Shown here: positions 60,929-64,000 of the stretch, piece after piece
Layout: every line of letters starts with the position of its first letter
Numbering within the stretch: position 1 is the stretch's first letter
From: Macrostomum lignano
Lineage: Eukaryota
Reading direction: 5' to 3'
DNA: 64,000 nucleotides
Assembly (NCBI GenBank): GCA_002269645.1
Contig: NIVC01001172.1
Coordinates: 66,507-130,506, forward strand
Position numbers and translations under genes: made by a program
Notes under the pieces: model-generated
The model's input: only the letters and a program-made list of their open reading frames with translations
Database searches by the model: none
Told to the model about the DNA's origin: nothing

Positions 60929-63900
60929 CTACTGAGAAGAGGTGGCAGGTTGGCCCTCCTCAGGCGGTTGCTCGGTCGCCGCCTCTGAATCCGGTTTGTA
61001 AAATTGGGCCAGCACAGACTCCGGCAGCTCGGTGAAGTGCACCAGCATCGAAGGCGACCGATAGAGAAACAGCAGCTTGGCGAACAGTTCCTCCTCCAGA
61101 CGGAGTTCGCCGCTCTCCCGCACCAAATAGATGTCGTTTAGCAGGGACAGGATTCTGTCCACGTGCGGCATGTCCACGTAGGGCACCAGATAGTGCACTG
61201 GCACAATGCCAGACCGCAGGATTCTGGCCACAGAGATCAGAAATACAGACAGGACGCCGTACATGCCGACCTTTTGAATGGCCTTTGAGCAGCGAGTAGT
61301 CATGGGGCGGTGGGAATTCAGTTTGATGGCAAATTTGAGGTTTCGAGAATATTACAATTAACATACTATAGACAATGGGCTTTAAGAGGAAAGTTATGCG
61401 TGGAATGTCATCAGAATGTGTATGGCATGTCATAAGAATGTGTATAGCATGTCATCAGAATGTATGTCATGTCATCAGAATGTGTATGTCATGTCATCAG
61501 AATGTGTATGGCATGTCATAAGAATGTGTATAGCATGTCATCAGAATGTATGTCATGTCATCAGAATGTGTATGTCATGTCATCAGAATGTGTAAAGCAT
61601 GTTATCAGAATGTGTGTGTCATGTCATCAGAATGTGTGTGTCATGTCATCAGAATGTGTAAAGCATGTTATCAGAATGTGTATGTTATGTCATCAGAATG
61701 TGTAAAGCATGTCATCAGAATGTGTATAACATGTCATCAGAATGTGTCTGTCATGTCATCAGAATGTGTATGTCATGTCATCAGAATGTGTATGTCATGT
61801 CATCAGAATGTGTATGGCATGTCATCAGAATGTGTATAGCATGTCATCAGAATGTGTATGGCATGTCATCAGAATGTGTATAGCATGTCATCAGAATGTG
61901 TATGTCATGTCATCAGAATGTGTATGTCATGTCATCAGAATGTGTATGTCATGTCATCAGAATGTGTATGGCATGTCATCAGAATGTGTATAGCATGTCA
62001 TCAGAATGTGTATGGCATGTCATCAGAGTTTCACCTGAATCAGGCGGTTCTGGGACTTGGACCGCTCTGACAGCACCACAATACGGAGGCCGCCGTGGCG
62101 CCGTGGCGCGCAGCCGCTGTCAGACTGTGCCGGGCACAGCGGACTGCCGCAGTACAAATCGCTCAGCTGCCACCAGGCGATGCCGCCAATTGTGGAATTC
62201 AAAGCCGCTTGAATGTCGATCCTGCTAGTGGACAGCGGCCGGCAGGCAGGCTGCGGGCCAGCAGCTCGATGCTGTCGTCTGCCAGCGTGGGTCCGCCCGC
62301 TCCCCGCCACCGCTGCCGCCTCCGCCGCCTCCTCTGCCGCCGCCTCTGCCTCCGCCAGACGACCAGGTGGACTCGGAGGCTCGCATCAGCAGGAACCGAT
62401 GGCCAATCTGGCGGAATACAACGCTGGCATTGTCAGAGGCTGGGTGGAGTACGGAGAGCAGGTCGGAGCTCACGTCCGGCGGAAGCGGATTCTGGAACAC
62501 GTACTTTCTGGCCACTCCGTTGTCTTTATCGCGCAGGCATTCCACCTGGATTGGAGAGTTGTGCAGAAATTATCTTCTCTGTTGAATCTCATTCCCGTGT
62601 CTGAGCTAAACAGCTTCTGGTTCTGCGTCACTTATCACTCAGCTTCTCGTCTCCATCTCACAGTCCTCTTCTACATATCTTGACTTCTCTTCCCCATCTT
62701 TCAAGTTCTCTTCCCCACTCCCAGTTCCTCTTCTTTATCTTTTTAACTTCTCTTCTACATCTCTCAATCCCTCTTCCACATACGAGTATCTTAACTTCTC
62801 TTCCCCATCTTCCAGTTCTTCATCGCCATCTCCCAGTTCCTTTTCCACATATCCAGTTTTTTCTACATCTCTCAACGTCTCTTCCTATCTCCCAGTCCCT
62901 CTTCCACATCTCTCAACTTCTCTTCCCCATCTTCCAGTTCCTTCTTTCACTCAATAACAAATCAGATCTCTCTAATTTCTCACCTTAAAGTACAGATTCA
63001 AGGTGGCATTGTTCTGCAGTTCCGCGCGTAGGGCCTCACGCGAGGGCGGAGTTATAGTCCACAGAACGCTGGACATGCCGTCGAATTCAACGCTATATGC
63101 GGTAGTAGAGCTCAGAAGGGCTTGGACACGTTTTCTAGTTTGCTGCAAGAACAACGAGTGAGCGAAAGTGTTCTAGCAGTGAGTGGTGAATAGGCAGCGG
63201 GTAGAGAGTAGATAGCGGATGGGGAGTAGGCAGCAGATGGGGAGTAGGCAGCGGGTGGGAAGTAGGTAGCGAGTGGAGAGTAGATGGAGGATGAAGAGTA
63301 GATAGCAGATGCAGAGTAGATACCGGGTGGAGAGTAGATAGTGCATGGAGAGTAAATAGCGGATTGGGAGTAGGTAGTGGGAGTAGATAGCGGATTGGGA
63401 GTAGGTAGTGGGAGTAGATAGCGGATTGGGAGTAGGTAGTGGGAGTAGATAGTGGATTGGAAGCAGGTAGTGGAGGTAGATAGCGGATTGGGAGTAGATA
63501 GCGGATTGGGAGCAGGTAGTGGAGGTAGATAGCGGATTGGGAGTAGGAGAGCGGATGGAGAGTAGATAGCGGATCGGGAGCAGGTAGTGGAAGTAGATAG
63601 CGGATTGAAAGCAGGTCGTGGGAGTACATAGCGGATTGGGAGTAGAGAGCGGATTGGGAGCAGGTAGTGGAGGTAGATAGCGGATTGGGAGTAGATAGCG
63701 GATTGGGAGCAGGTCGTGGGAGTACATAGCGGATTGGGAGTAGGAGAGCGATGGAGAGTAAATAGCGGATTGGGAGTAGGTAGTGGGAGTAGATAGCGGA
63801 TTGGGAGCAGGTAGTGAGAGGTAAATAGCGGATTGGAGCATGTAGCGGCAGTAGATAGCGGATTACACTGGGAGAGCAAGACTCTTACCTCAGTCTCATT

Positions 63901-64000
63901 GGCCCCGGAAAAGCACTGATAGACAATGTCGGTTTCAGCGGCAGTCAAATTACGGACAGACGTAGTTTTAGAGTGTAAAGAGGCGTATATGAGCCCAGAG
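60929..64000 (-). CDS. PIEZO: Piezo mechanosensitive channel, 3' part (cap, inner helix, C-terminal domain); continues beyond the window
   Basis: Exons >64000-63889, 63142-62984, 62545-62035 (needs frame correction) and 61282 (or 61270)-60929. Motifs: SSVLWTITPPSR, AWWQL, IVVLSER, VDRILSLLNDIYLVRESGELRLEEELFAKLLFLYRSP. Confidence 0.9.
61403..62028. repeat. Minisatellite (CATGTCATCAGAATGTGTATG(G/T)) filling the last Piezo intron
   Basis: Starts within about 7 nt of the donor at 62034. Confidence 0.97.
62640..62950. repeat. Degenerate pyrimidine-rich repeat (TCTTCCCCATCT) in a Piezo intron
   Basis: Low-complexity repeated motif. Confidence 0.7.
63185..63868. repeat. Purine minisatellite (GGGAGTAGATAGCGGATT-type) in a Piezo intron
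   Basis: Seen directly. Confidence 0.93.

Overview
Eukaryotic (animal) genomic DNA with GC-rich, CAG-rich exons in AT-rich, minisatellite-filled introns. The style suggests a free-living flatworm such as Macrostomum; this is an inference, not a database match. Six protein-coding genes were reconstructed by hand from homology motifs and phase-consistent GT-AG junctions. On the + strand is a SynGAP/DAB2IP/RASAL2-family RasGAP (core 32235-42042, with several candidate upstream exons back to about 9.9 kb). On the - strand is a co-oriented run of Piezo (3' part, running off the window), Elongin C, SDHAF4, a phosphoethanolamine N-methyltransferase and a DEG/ENaC channel. About 30 tandem arrays, an hAT-type MITE with an 8-bp target-site duplication, a CORE-domain tRNA-SINE and a second SINE-like family are present. 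Most long ORFs in the supplied track are repeat artefacts. Best leads: (1) a stand-alone, single-domain, Plasmodium-sized PMT with a complete active site in an animal; (2) a possible trans-spliced polycistronic cluster of five genes; (3) a CORE-SINE; (4) an array of phase-1 alternative 5' exons and an apparently PH-deficient SynGAP-family protein; (5) a distinct minisatellite abutting a splice site in most introns; (6) a Piezo exon needing frame correction, with a divergent pore motif.
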